Below are positions 55,595 through 64,000 of a stretch of 64,000 nucleotides of DNA, piece by piece. The notes beneath the pieces are model-generated. The model searched no databases. It was not told where the DNA came from and was given only the letters and a program-made list of their open reading frames with translations. Location of the stretch: NCBI GenBank assembly GCA_963747235.1, contig CAVVEU010000013.1, positions 256,001-320,000 of the forward strand, written 5' to 3'. Each line of letters starts with the position of its first letter. The first letter of the stretch is position 1. This DNA is from an uncultured Candidatus Rokubacteria bacterium (GTDB lineage Bacteria; Methylomirabilota; Methylomirabilia; Rokubacteriales; CSP1-6). The position numbers and the translations under genes are program-made.

Positions 55595-57490
55595 TCAGGC
55601 GCGGCCCGGACGCTCCCAGGGCCGGACCGCGATGAAGATCTGGAGCAGATCGCCGTCCAGCGCGCCGGACTTGCGCTCCTGGCCGAGGATGTCCAGCGCG
55701 CGCTCCACCGGCACCGCGGGCTTGTAGGGGCGGTCGCGCGAGGTCAGCGCGTCGAAGATGTCGGAGATGGTCATCATGCGCGTCTGCACCGGGATGTCCG
55801 GGGCGCGCCAGCCGTCCGGGTAGCCGCCGCCGTTCAGCTTCTCGTGGTGCGAGCGGGCGATCTCGGGCACGCGGCGGAGCTCCTTGGTCCACGGGATCTG
55901 CTTCAGGAACTGGTACGTGTGCACGACGTGCGACTGGATCTGCTCGTACTCCTCGGGCGTCAGGCTGCCGCGCGGGATGGCCAGGATGCGGGCCTCGTCG
56001 GGCGTGATCAGGGTCAGCGAGTCGCCCAGGTGATCCGCGTAGGCGTGCACGGCCAGGTCGCGGATCGAGGCGGAGACGTCGTCGGGCATCACGGTGGGCT
56101 CGTTGGCCGCCGCGACGGCCTTGAGATGCTGGTCGAGGTCGGCGAGCATGGCGGCCAGCTCGGCGTCCCACTCCGCGGAGCGATGGCCGAAGTCCTCCCG
56201 GCCGTGCCGGAGCAGCCAGTCCATCTTGCGGCGCGCGTGGCGCAGCTCGAGACCGCGCCGGATGATCTCGCCGCGCTGCCGGATCATGTCGAGCTGGCCC
56301 ACCGGGAGCTTCTTGGCCTTCACCAGGACTTCCTCGCGGACGCCGACCTTGCCGAAGTCGTGGAGGAGCGAGGCGTAGCGGATCTCCTTCATCTCGTCGG
56401 GCGAGAAGCGGACGTCACGGAAGGCGCCGCCGTCGCGGTCCACCGCGGTGGCCAGCGCCACCGTGAAGTCGGCCACCCGGAAGGAGTGACCCGAGGTGGT
56501 CGGGTCCCGCGACTCGATCGCGGTGACCGAGGCCTGCACGAAGCCCTCGAACAGCGCCTGGATGGACTGGTAAAGGCGACTGTTCTCGAGCGCGACGGCG
56601 GCCTGGGAGGCGAGCGACGCGGCCAGATCCCGGAAGCGCGGTGGGTAGGGGATCACGTGGGCCAGCACGTCGGCGGGCGTCGGGAAGACCGCGGCCGGAT
56701 CCCGCTTGCAGTTGATGAGCTGCAGCGCGCCGATCACCTTGCCCTGCGGCGTGGCCATCGGGACGACCAGCATGGACTTGGTGCGGTAGCCGACCCGCTC
56801 GTCGAAGTCGCGATTGACGCGGAAGCGCGAGCCGGGCGGCAGCACGTAGGCGTCGTCGAGCTGCAGCACCACGCCGGTGAGCGCCACGTGGCCGGCCACG
56901 CTGGCGTCGTCGATCGGCAGCGTGAACTCGGTGAACGGCACCCGGACCGAGTCGTTCTGGGCCAGCTTGAAGCGCAGGCGCGCGGTGCCGTCGGCCGCGT
57001 CCTCCACCACGTAGAGCGACCCCGCGTCGCTGTGGGTGATCGCGCGCGCCTTGGTCAGGATCAGATTCAGGAGCGCGTCGGTGTCGCGCTCGGCGGAGAG
57101 GCCGACGCCGATCTGGTTGAGCTCCTGCAGCTCGCGACGGCTCGCGTCGGCCTCACGCCGGGCGTGCGCGTGGTCGCACGCGTTGCGGAGCGCGGCGGCC
57201 AGCACCGCGGGAGCGGCCGGCTTGCCGACGTAGGCGTAGCACGAGACGACCGGGGTGGCGCCGGGAGCGACGAGGGCGACCACCGGCAGGTCGGGCGCGT
57301 CGGCGGCCAGGGCCGTCGCGACCTTCGCGTCCCCCGCGGTCAGGTCCACGAGCGCCACCGCGGACTCATCCGGCCCGGCCGGCGGGGCGCCCGTCGCGGG
57401 CAGCGGGAGCGCCTCGAGATCACCGGGGAGCGCGGAGAGCTGGGTAGCTGCCGGGGAACCCGCCGGGTACCAGACCACTCGGCGTGGCAT
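55595..57490 (-). CDS. GAF + HD-GYP cyclic-dinucleotide phosphodiesterase
   Basis: YRTKSMLVVPM..LQLIN GAF; HDFGK; HHEKLNGGGYP; DIFDALT.RDRPYK. Confidence 0.92.
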   Translation of the reverse strand: MPRRVVWYPAGSPAATQLSALPGDLEALPLPATGAPPAGPDESAVALVDLTAGDAKVATALAADAPDLPVVALVAPGATPVVSCYAYVGKPAAPAVLAAALRNACDHAHARREADASRRELQELNQIGVGLSAERDTDALLNLILTKARAITHSDAGSLYVVEDAADGTARLRFKLAQNDSVRVPFTEFTLPIDDASVAGHVALTGVVLQLDDAYVLPPGSRFRVNRDFDERVGYRTKSMLVVPMATPQGKVIGALQLINCKRDPAAVFPTPADVLAHVIPYPPRFRDLAASLASQAAVALENSRLYQSIQALFEGFVQASVTAIESRDPTTSGHSFRVADFTVALATAVDRDGGAFRDVRFSPDEMKEIRYASLLHDFGKVGVREEVLVKAKKLPVGQLDMIRQRGEIIRRGLELRHARRKMDWLLRHGREDFGHRSAEWDAELAAMLADLDQHLKAVAAANEPTVMPDDVSASIRDLAVHAYADHLGDSLTLITPDEARILAIPRGSLTPEEYEQIQSHVVHTYQFLKQIPWTKELRRVPEIARSHHEKLNGGGYPDGWRAPDIPVQTRMMTISDIFDALTSRDRPYKPAVPVERALDILGQERKSGALDGDLLQIFIAVRPWERPGRA

Positions 57491-57602
57491 GTATCGAGGG
57501 TAGGACCCCCCTCGGCGGCCTGTCAAGGGAAGGCGAGCCGCCGGGGCCGGACGGTGGCACGGCTTGACCGTCTCACGCCCGGGTCGGTAAGATCACCCGA
57601 CC

Positions 57603-58489
57603 ATGACCACGCGCGTATCCACGGGTAGTTCCAGGCTGGACGAGATGCTGGGCGGCGGGCTGCTCCCGGGCACCCTGACGGTTGTCTACGGGGCCACCGG
57701 GATCGGCAAGACCCACCTGGGCCTGATGTTCTGCGACCACGGCGCCCGGGCCGACGGGGCCCGCGGGCATCGTGTTCGACATGAACGTCCGCGGCGACTC
57801 CCAGCAGCACCACGCCTATGCCGCGCGGCTGCACGGCTGGGACCTCAAGCGCTGGACGCACTCGGTGCTGCCCATGGCCGAGCCATTCCCGCCCGGCGAG
57901 CAGATGCAGGCCTTCTACTGCGACGCCCTGCCGTGGGTCGGCAAGCTGCGCGACTACCAGGTCACGAGCGGGGACGGGGTCGAGTTCGACTGGAACTGGA
58001 AGGCCCAGTACAACCAGGCCCTCTACACGGTGCGGCCCTTCGTGTACTTCCACCTCGCGGCGGGGAGCCGGCGCATCGTGGTGGACGGCATCGAGCCGAT
58101 GGACGTGCCGGGCGACTACATCCAGCCCTACATCTTCGACGACCTCTACCGGAAGACCATCCATCGGGACAGCGAGACGCTCGGGATGGAGATCTGCATG
58201 CCGGTGTGGAAGCACCGCGCCTTCATCGACGCGCACCGCTACGATCACATCGACGGTGACCACGCTGCTCCTGGTGACGACCGAGGAGACCCAGCTCGAG
58301 CACCTCATCGCCCGCAAGGTCGCGGCGGGCGACGTCGGCGCGGTGGCCAACACCATCGTGGTGATGGGCAGCGAGCGCGTCGGCAACCGGCTGGCCCGCA
58401 TGCTCTGCGTGGTCAAGCACCGGGGGAGCGCCAAGAGCGACGAGATCACGGAGTACCGCGTCACCGAGCGGGGCTTCGAGCTGGGCTGA
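57603..58489 (+). CDS. Single-domain KaiC/RAD55-like ATPase, frameshifts near 57765 and 58250
   Basis: STG..LDEMLGGG, GATGIGKT, RIVVDG, VKHRGS; TTGACC-18-TAAGAT promoter close to the ATG. Confidence 0.8.
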
Positions 58490-58494
58490 GCCGC

Positions 58495-59337
58495 ATGGAC
58501 CAGGCCGCGCTGCTCCGGCGCCGGCGCCGCAACTTCCGCCAGCTCCCTTCCCGCCGCGTGCGCTCCGCGCGGAGCGCGCTGGCCTTCGTGGAGGCGGTGG
58601 GCCTCTGCTCGACGTTCCATCGCTTCCCGGAGGGCCTCGGCTGCCTCTGGGAGGCCGTGGTGGGCCGGGCCGCGCCGCGGTGGCCGCGCCGCTCGCACCA
58701 CGACGACGGGATCGGGCTCACCTGGGAGCTGAAGGACGTGCTGCCCGCCCGGCGCCAGGTGTACTACGGCAAGCTCGTGAAGGGCCGGCCGCTGCTGGTC
58801 GCGCTCGATCTGTTCCCCGCGTTCTATTCCCTCGTGCGCGGCAATCAGCGGGCGAGCGCGTACCGCACGGAATACGAGGCGGGCCGCCTCTCGCTCAACG
58901 CCAAGCGCATCATGGACTGCCTCGTGCGCGAGTCGCCCCAGTACACGCGGGGCATCCGCGCGGAGTGCTTCATGCTCGAGCCGGGCAAGACGCGCGAGTT
59001 CGAGCGGGCCATGGGCGAGCTCCAGCAGGGGCTCTGGATCGTGAAGACCGAGGAGCGGTACGAGCCGACCTTCTCGTACCGCTGGGACCTGCTCGAGCGG
59101 TGGCTGCCGGACGTGGTCGCGGAAGGCCGGCGGTTGCGCCGGCCGGCCGCGCTCGAGCGCCTGCTCTCGCGCTATCTCGCCGGCGCGGTGTACTCGACGC
59201 CGGCGCTGCTCGCGCGCCTCTTCGGGGTGCCGCGCCCCGAGGTGGAGACGGCGCTGTCCGCGCTGGCGCGGGCCGGGCGGGTCAGCGCGCCGCGCGAGGT
59301 GGCGGGCTGGCCGGGCCGGTGGGTGGTGAGCGCCTGA
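58495..59337 (+). CDS. Winged-helix protein, AlkZ/YcaQ (HTH_42)-related
   Basis: AFVEAVG.C, LWEAV, W.LKD.L, YYGKL..GRP, RYL..A C-terminal HTH. Confidence 0.55.
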   Translation: MDQAALLRRRRRNFRQLPSRRVRSARSALAFVEAVGLCSTFHRFPEGLGCLWEAVVGRAAPRWPRRSHHDDGIGLTWELKDVLPARRQVYYGKLVKGRPLLVALDLFPAFYSLVRGNQRASAYRTEYEAGRLSLNAKRIMDCLVRESPQYTRGIRAECFMLEPGKTREFERAMGELQQGLWIVKTEERYEPTFSYRWDLLERWLPDVVAEGRRLRRPAALERLLSRYLAGAVYSTPALLARLFGVPRPEVETALSALARAGRVSAPREVAGWPGRWVVSA

Positions 59338-60188
59338 TGGCCTCGCCGCCGCCCGGCTTCCGCTACATCGACGTCCACACCCACCTGCATCCCGAGTGGC
59401 TCTCGGCGGCGATCCGCCGCTGGTTCGTGGGGCGGCCCGGCTGGGACTTCCAGTACCGGACCGAGCCCGAATGGGTCGCGCGCTTCCTCGCCGAGCAGGA
59501 CGTGGAGCGCTTCGTCTACTTCTCGTACGCCCACAAGCCCGGGCTCGCGCGCGAGCTCAACGCGTGGCTCCACGAGACGGCGCGGCGGCTGCCCGCGGGC
59601 CTGCCGCTCGGCACGGTGCACCCGGGCGATGCCGACGTGGTGGATGTGGCACGGGAGGCGCTCGACGGCTACGGGTTCCGGGGCTTCAAGTTCCACATCA
59701 ACGTGCAGCGCTTCCATCCCGACGACCCGCGCATCCTGCCGGTCTACGAGCTCCTGCTGGCCCGGGGGGCGGTGCTCCTGATCCACGTGGGCAGCGCGCC
59801 CTGGCCCAACGAGTACGACGGGTTCCCGCGCTTCGAGCGGGTGATGGACATGTTCCCGGAGCTCAAGGTCATCGTGGCCCACATGGGCCAGTTCGAGACC
59901 CGCCGGCATCTGGAGCTGATGGAGCGGTGTCCGAACATGTATCTCGACACCACCGCCGCGATGGCCCCGCAGAGCGCGATCTACCGGGGAGGGCACGGCG
60001 CGAGTCCCGCCGACGTGACCGACGCCGATCTGGTGCGCTGGCAGGATCGCATCCTGTTCGGGAGCGACTTCCCCAACACGCCCCACAGCTACGACGACGA
60101 GCGACGGCCGATCTGGGAGCGGCCGGTGCCCGAGACGGTTCACCGCAAGATCTTCCACGACAACGCCCAGCGGCTGCTCGGGCTCTAG
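59337..60188 (+). CDS. Amidohydrolase_2 family metallohydrolase
   Basis: IDVHTH, GFKFH, LIHVG, VAHMG, LFGSDFP. Confidence 0.9.
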   Translation: MASPPPGFRYIDVHTHLHPEWLSAAIRRWFVGRPGWDFQYRTEPEWVARFLAEQDVERFVYFSYAHKPGLARELNAWLHETARRLPAGLPLGTVHPGDADVVDVAREALDGYGFRGFKFHINVQRFHPDDPRILPVYELLLARGAVLLIHVGSAPWPNEYDGFPRFERVMDMFPELKVIVAHMGQFETRRHLELMERCPNMYLDTTAAMAPQSAIYRGGHGASPADVTDADLVRWQDRILFGSDFPNTPHSYDDERRPIWERPVPETVHRKIFHDNAQRLLGL

Positions 60189-61636
60189 TGCGCATCCGGC
60201 TGGAGCAGTTGCCGGTGACGGGGCGCCGCGCGCTCGCTGCGCTCGGGGAGCTGGCCGGGCCCGCGAGAGCCGCGTGGGTCGTGGGCGGCACCCTGCGCGA
60301 GGTGCTGTCGGGTGGCGCGGCCGCCGATCTCGACCTGGCGGTGGCCGGTGGGGCGCTCGAGCTGGGACGCCGCCTGGCCGACCGGCTGGACGCCACCTTC
60401 GTGGTCCTGGACGAGGACCGCGGCGCCGGGCGCATCGTGCCGCGGTCGGGCGGCGGAGAGGTGGACGTGGTGGATCTCCGCGCGGCGACGCTCGAGGCCG
60501 ATCTGCGGGCCCGCGACTTCACGGTGAACGCGCTCGCCGCGCCGGTGGCCGCGCTGCTGCGCGACGGCGTCGCCACCATCGTGGACGCGACGGGCGGGCT
60601 CGACGACCTCCGCGATCGGGTGGTGCGGCCCTGCGGGCCCGCCGCGATCGACGACGATCCGGTCCGCGCGCTGCGCGGCGTGCGGCTCGCGATGCGCCCG
60701 GGGTGGCGGCTCCATCCGGACGCCGAGGCGGCCATCGAAGCGGCGGCGCACCTGATCGCGCGCGTGGCGGCCGAGCGAGTCCGCGACGAGCTGATCGGGA
60801 TCCTCGCCGAGCCGGCGGCCGCGGCGGGACTGCGAGCGCTGGATCGGCTGGGGGTCCTGACGGTCCTGCTGCCGGAGAGCCTCCCGATGCGCGCCACCGC
60901 CCAGCCCCTGCCGCATCACTTCGACGTCTGGGAGCACTCGCTGCGGGCGGTCGAGGGCGTGGATGCTCTGCTCGCCGACCTCGACGCGCTCGCCCCATGG
61001 GGCCCGGCCCTGCGCGAGCATCTGACGCAGGACCTGGGCGGTGGGCTGACCCGGCGCGAAGCGCTGAAGCTGGCCGCGCTGCTCCACGACGTGGCCAAGC
61101 CCGAGACGCGGGCCGAGATCGGCGGGCGCGTCCGCTTCATCGGCCACGACACGGCGGGCGCGCGACGCGCGGTCGAGATCGCGCGGCGCTTCCGTCTCTC
61201 GCGGCACGCCGCGCAGGTGCTCGAGCGGCTCGTGGCCGAGCATCTGCGGCCCATGCATCTGGCGCAGGCGGGCGTGATCACGCGTCGCGCGCGGTTCCGC
61301 TTCTTCCGGGCGCTCGGCGACGAGGCGCGCGATCTGCTGCTGCTGGCCCTGGCCGACGCGGCCGCGCTCGACGGCGCCGCCCCGCTGGCGGTCTGGGCGG
61401 GTGCCGGCGGCGAGGTGGTGCGCACCCTGATGGCCGGCTTCGACGAGGAGGCGGCGGCTGCCGCGTCGCCCGCCCTGCTGCGGGGAGAAGACGTGATGGC
61501 GGCGTTCGGTGTGGCGCCGGGTCCGGAGGTCGGCCGCCTCCTCGGACTGGCCCGCGAGGCCCAGGCGCTCGGCCTGGTGAGCACGCGTGACGAGGCGCTC
61601 GCGCACCTGCGTCGCGAGACGGAGCGTGGAACTTGA
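60188..61636 (+). CDS. Class II tRNA nucleotidyltransferase with HD domain (probably CC-adding)
   Basis: VVGG..DLD, RDFTVNA, DDPVRALR, LLHDVAKP, FIGH. Confidence 0.85.
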   Translation: MRIRLEQLPVTGRRALAALGELAGPARAAWVVGGTLREVLSGGAAADLDLAVAGGALELGRRLADRLDATFVVLDEDRGAGRIVPRSGGGEVDVVDLRAATLEADLRARDFTVNALAAPVAALLRDGVATIVDATGGLDDLRDRVVRPCGPAAIDDDPVRALRGVRLAMRPGWRLHPDAEAAIEAAAHLIARVAAERVRDELIGILAEPAAAAGLRALDRLGVLTVLLPESLPMRATAQPLPHHFDVWEHSLRAVEGVDALLADLDALAPWGPALREHLTQDLGGGLTRREALKLAALLHDVAKPETRAEIGGRVRFIGHDTAGARRAVEIARRFRLSRHAAQVLERLVAEHLRPMHLAQAGVITRRARFRFFRALGDEARDLLLLALADAAALDGAAPLAVWAGAGGEVVRTLMAGFDEEAAAAASPALLRGEDVMAAFGVAPGPEVGRLLGLAREAQALGLVSTRDEALAHLRRETERGT

Positions 61637-61708
61637 CACCCGGCCCAGGCGTTGCCTAGAGTGTGGTCACTTTCCCCGCCAATTTCACCGCTTCCAAGGA
61701 GGCCCCTG

Positions 61709-63244
61709 ATGGTTCTGAGACGTCTCTGTTCGCTCGTGCTGACCCTGCTCGTGGCGCCGGGCCTGGCCTGGGCGGCTCCGGAGGGCAAGATCGTCATCGC
61801 CCAGGGGGTGGATCCCACGACGCTCGATACCCAGAATCAGCAGGAGACGCCCGCCTCCGTGGTGGCGAGCCACCTGTTCGATACGCTGGTGGAGCGCGAT
61901 CAGAACCTCAAGATCGTGCCCGCGCTGGCCGCGGAGCTGCCGAAGCTGGTGGCGCCGACGACGTGGGAAGTGAAGCTGCGCCGCGGCGTGAAGTTCCACA
62001 ACGGCGAGGAGTTCAACGCGGAGTCGGTGAAGTTCAGCCTCGAGCGGGTCAAGACGGGACTCCGGGCCAGCTCGAACTTCCGGCCCATCGAGAAGGTGGA
62101 CATCGTGGACGCCTACACGGTGCGCGTGCAGACGAGCAAGCCGTGGCCCATCTTTCCCACGATCATGACCTCGCGCCAGGCGTCCATGTACCCGCCCAAG
62201 GCCTACGCGGGCAAGGACTCGGCCTTCATCTCGAAGAACCCGATCGGCACCGGGCCGTACAAGCTCGTTCGCTGGAGCAAGGACGAGGAGATCGTGCTCG
62301 AGGCGAATGATCAGTACTGGCGCGGCGCGGCCAGGATCAAGACGGTGGTGTTCCGCCCCATTCCCGACGACGCGGTGCGGGTGGCCGCGCTCCAGAACGG
62401 GGAAGTGGACGTGGCGGTGAACATCCCGCCGCACCTGGCCACCATCATCGCCAACCACCCCAAGATCTTCCTCTCGACCGCGCCGTCGATCCGCACGCTG
62501 CAGCTCATGTTCGTCACCCACGAGTACGACGCCCAGCACAAGCTGATCGGGCCCTACAAGGGCGTGACCGCCGACAAGCGCGTGCGCCAGGCCATCGCCT
62601 ACGCGCTCGACGTGGACGAGATCGTCAAGGGCGTGCTCGACGGCAAGGCGGTGCGCACCGCCTTGCTGCTGACCCCGCTGCATTTCGGCTACGACCCCGC
62701 GCTCAAGCCGATCAAGCAGGACCTGGGCAAGGTCAAGCAGCTCCTGACCGAGGCCGGCTTCCCGGGCGGGCTCGAGCTCACGCTGAACAGCCCGCAGGGC
62801 CGCTACGTGCGGGACAAGGAAGTGGCGGAGGCGGTGACCGGCCAGCTCACCAAGGCCGGGATCCGTACCCAGCTCAAGACCTACGAGTTCGTCAACTACC
62901 TGAACAACCTCGTGTACGCGCACAAGCCGGGCCCGGTGTGGCTGATCGGCTGGGGCACGGCCACGGTGGACGCCGAGACGGTGTACGGCCCGCTCTTCCG
63001 GAGCGGCAGCAACCTGGGCAACTACCACAACGCCGACTTCGACGGCATGGTGGACCAGGCGCAGACGCAGATGGACGAGAAGCAGCGGCTCGCCACGTAC
63101 CACCGGATCAACAAGCTGTGGATCGACGACATGCCGGCGGTGCCGCTCTACCAGCAGGTCGACCTCTACGGGGCCAGCAAGCGGCTCAACTGGAAGGCGC
63201 GCAGCGACGAGCTGATCAAGGCCTACGACATGTCACTCAAATAG
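61709..63244 (+). CDS. ABC transporter substrate-binding protein (family 5)
   Basis: Signal peptide; LRRGVKFHNG, PIGTGPY, DKRVRQAI; TTGACA-18-TAGAGT upstream. Confidence 0.9.
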   Translation: MVLRRLCSLVLTLLVAPGLAWAAPEGKIVIAQGVDPTTLDTQNQQETPASVVASHLFDTLVERDQNLKIVPALAAELPKLVAPTTWEVKLRRGVKFHNGEEFNAESVKFSLERVKTGLRASSNFRPIEKVDIVDAYTVRVQTSKPWPIFPTIMTSRQASMYPPKAYAGKDSAFISKNPIGTGPYKLVRWSKDEEIVLEANDQYWRGAARIKTVVFRPIPDDAVRVAALQNGEVDVAVNIPPHLATIIANHPKIFLSTAPSIRTLQLMFVTHEYDAQHKLIGPYKGVTADKRVRQAIAYALDVDEIVKGVLDGKAVRTALLLTPLHFGYDPALKPIKQDLGKVKQLLTEAGFPGGLELTLNSPQGRYVRDKEVAEAVTGQLTKAGIRTQLKTYEFVNYLNNLVYAHKPGPVWLIGWGTATVDAETVYGPLFRSGSNLGNYHNADFDGMVDQAQTQMDEKQRLATYHRINKLWIDDMPAVPLYQQVDLYGASKRLNWKARSDELIKAYDMSLK

Positions 63245-63290
63245 CTCCCGGTTGACTGGCCGCGAGCGAAGGCTAGAATAGGGACGCAAC

Positions 63291-63365
63291 GCGGGCGTGG
63301 CGCAACGGTAGCGCACGAGCTTCCCAAGCTCGGGGTTGCGAGTTCAAATCTCGTCGCCCGCTCCA
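63291..63365 (+). tRNA. tRNA-Gly (CCC)
   Basis: GCGGGCG acceptor stem, CGAGC-TTCCCAA-GCTCG anticodon arm, GTTCAAATC T-loop, encoded CCA; TTGACT-16-TAGAAT promoter. Confidence 0.96.
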
Positions 63366-63369
63366 TTCT

Positions 63370-63411
63370 CCGGGGCCTACGGGGCAAACCCCTGTAGGCC
63401 CCGGCTTTCTT
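63370..63411 (+). terminator. Intrinsic terminator after the tRNA
   Basis: CCGGGGCCTACGGGG/CCCCTGTAGGCCCCGG hairpin followed by CTTTCTT. Confidence 0.8.
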
Positions 63412-63467
63412 CGCGGTACGCCAACGGGCGAGCGTACGAGGACTCCGAGGTCGTTCGAGGGGTCCGG

Positions 63468-64000
63468 CTAATCCGGGCCGCGGGTGTTCGGCGCGTCGAG
63501 TCCCAGCGCGGCTTCCCACGCCTGCTGGGTGGCGATCTCCTGCGTCCAGGGGCGCATCAGCGCGCCGGCGCGCGCGTCGCGGGCGTAGCGCTCGAGCGGG
63601 TAACGCTTGAGCAGCCCGCGCCCACCGCAGACGCGGATCGCCTCCTGGGTCACGGTGATCACGGACCGCTGGACGGTCACGTGCGCGGCCCGGGCGCGCT
63701 GCACCACGTCGGCCGAACAGTCCACCCGCGCCTCCGACACGGCGCGGTAGTAGAGCGCGCGCGTTCCCTCCAGGGTGAAGAGCATCTCGGCCACCGCGTG
63801 GCCCTTCACCGCGGCCTCGGTGTGCAGCCCGGGCGAGCCCGCCATCTGGCCGGTCAGGTAGGCGAGGGCGCCGTCGTAGGCGGCCTGCATGAGGCCCAGG
63901 AAGGTCGCGCAGAAGGTCAGCGGCGAGAGCTGGGGGAAGGCGTTGTACATGGCGCCGAACAGGCCCGGCGGCAGCACCTCGCCGTCGTCGGGGACGAAGA
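63468..64000 (-). CDS. Acyl-CoA dehydrogenase family protein, C-terminal part
   Basis: EAIRVCGGRG..PLERYARDAR. Confidence 0.85.
   Translation of the reverse strand, partial: FVPDDGEVLPPGLFGAMYNAFPQLSPLTFCATFLGLMQAAYDGALAYLTGQMAGSPGLHTEAAVKGHAVAEMLFTLEGTRALYYRAVSEARVDCSADVVQRARAAHVTVQRSVITVTQEAIRVCGGRGLLKRYPLERYARDARAGALMRPWTQEIATQQAWEAALGLDAPNTRGPD

Noticed and set aside
57555-57570. TGGCAC as a sigma54 promoter for the KaiC-like operon
   Set aside because: No GC at -12 with the right spacing; a TTGACC-18-TAAGAT sigma70 promoter fits better.
57603-58489. Circadian clock KaiC
   Set aside because: Single ATPase domain and no kaiA/kaiB in the window.
63291-63470. tRNA-Gly as an island integration site
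   Set aside because: No integrase, no duplicated tRNA 3' end in the window, and an ordinary terminator follows.

Overview
Very GC-rich bacterial chromosomal segment. Gene content and style suggest Ca. Rokubacteria/Methylomirabilota or a similar diderm soil lineage (inference only). Many single-base frameshifts in otherwise intact genes most likely reflect long-read assembly error. Contents in order: an alpha-glucan/trehalose cluster (mak, treS, glgE, GT2-like and TreT-like proteins with degenerate catalytic motifs, DUF5752, glgM, treZ, treY); a signalling and envelope region (sigma54 activator, SPOR, ANTAR, MlaC, class A PBP, PilZ, MreB paralogue, bactofilin-M23); pckG; an OsmC-like gene with an in-frame UGA and SECIS-like hairpin (candidate selenoprotein); GH63, rpiA, pgl; a 66-bp tandem repeat; a TPR/beta-barrel outer-membrane protein facing two FecR-domain beta-helix proteins; a TatA/B-Ada-Zn fusion; lexA with a candidate operator and a small membrane ORF; GAF-HD-GYP; a KaiC-like ATPase/wHTH/amidohydrolase/tRNA nucleotidyltransferase operon; ABC binding proteins; tRNA-Gly(CCC). 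The most striking window-wide signal is eleven well-placed sigma54 (-24/-12) promoters, many in front of cell-shape, envelope and c-di-GMP genes.
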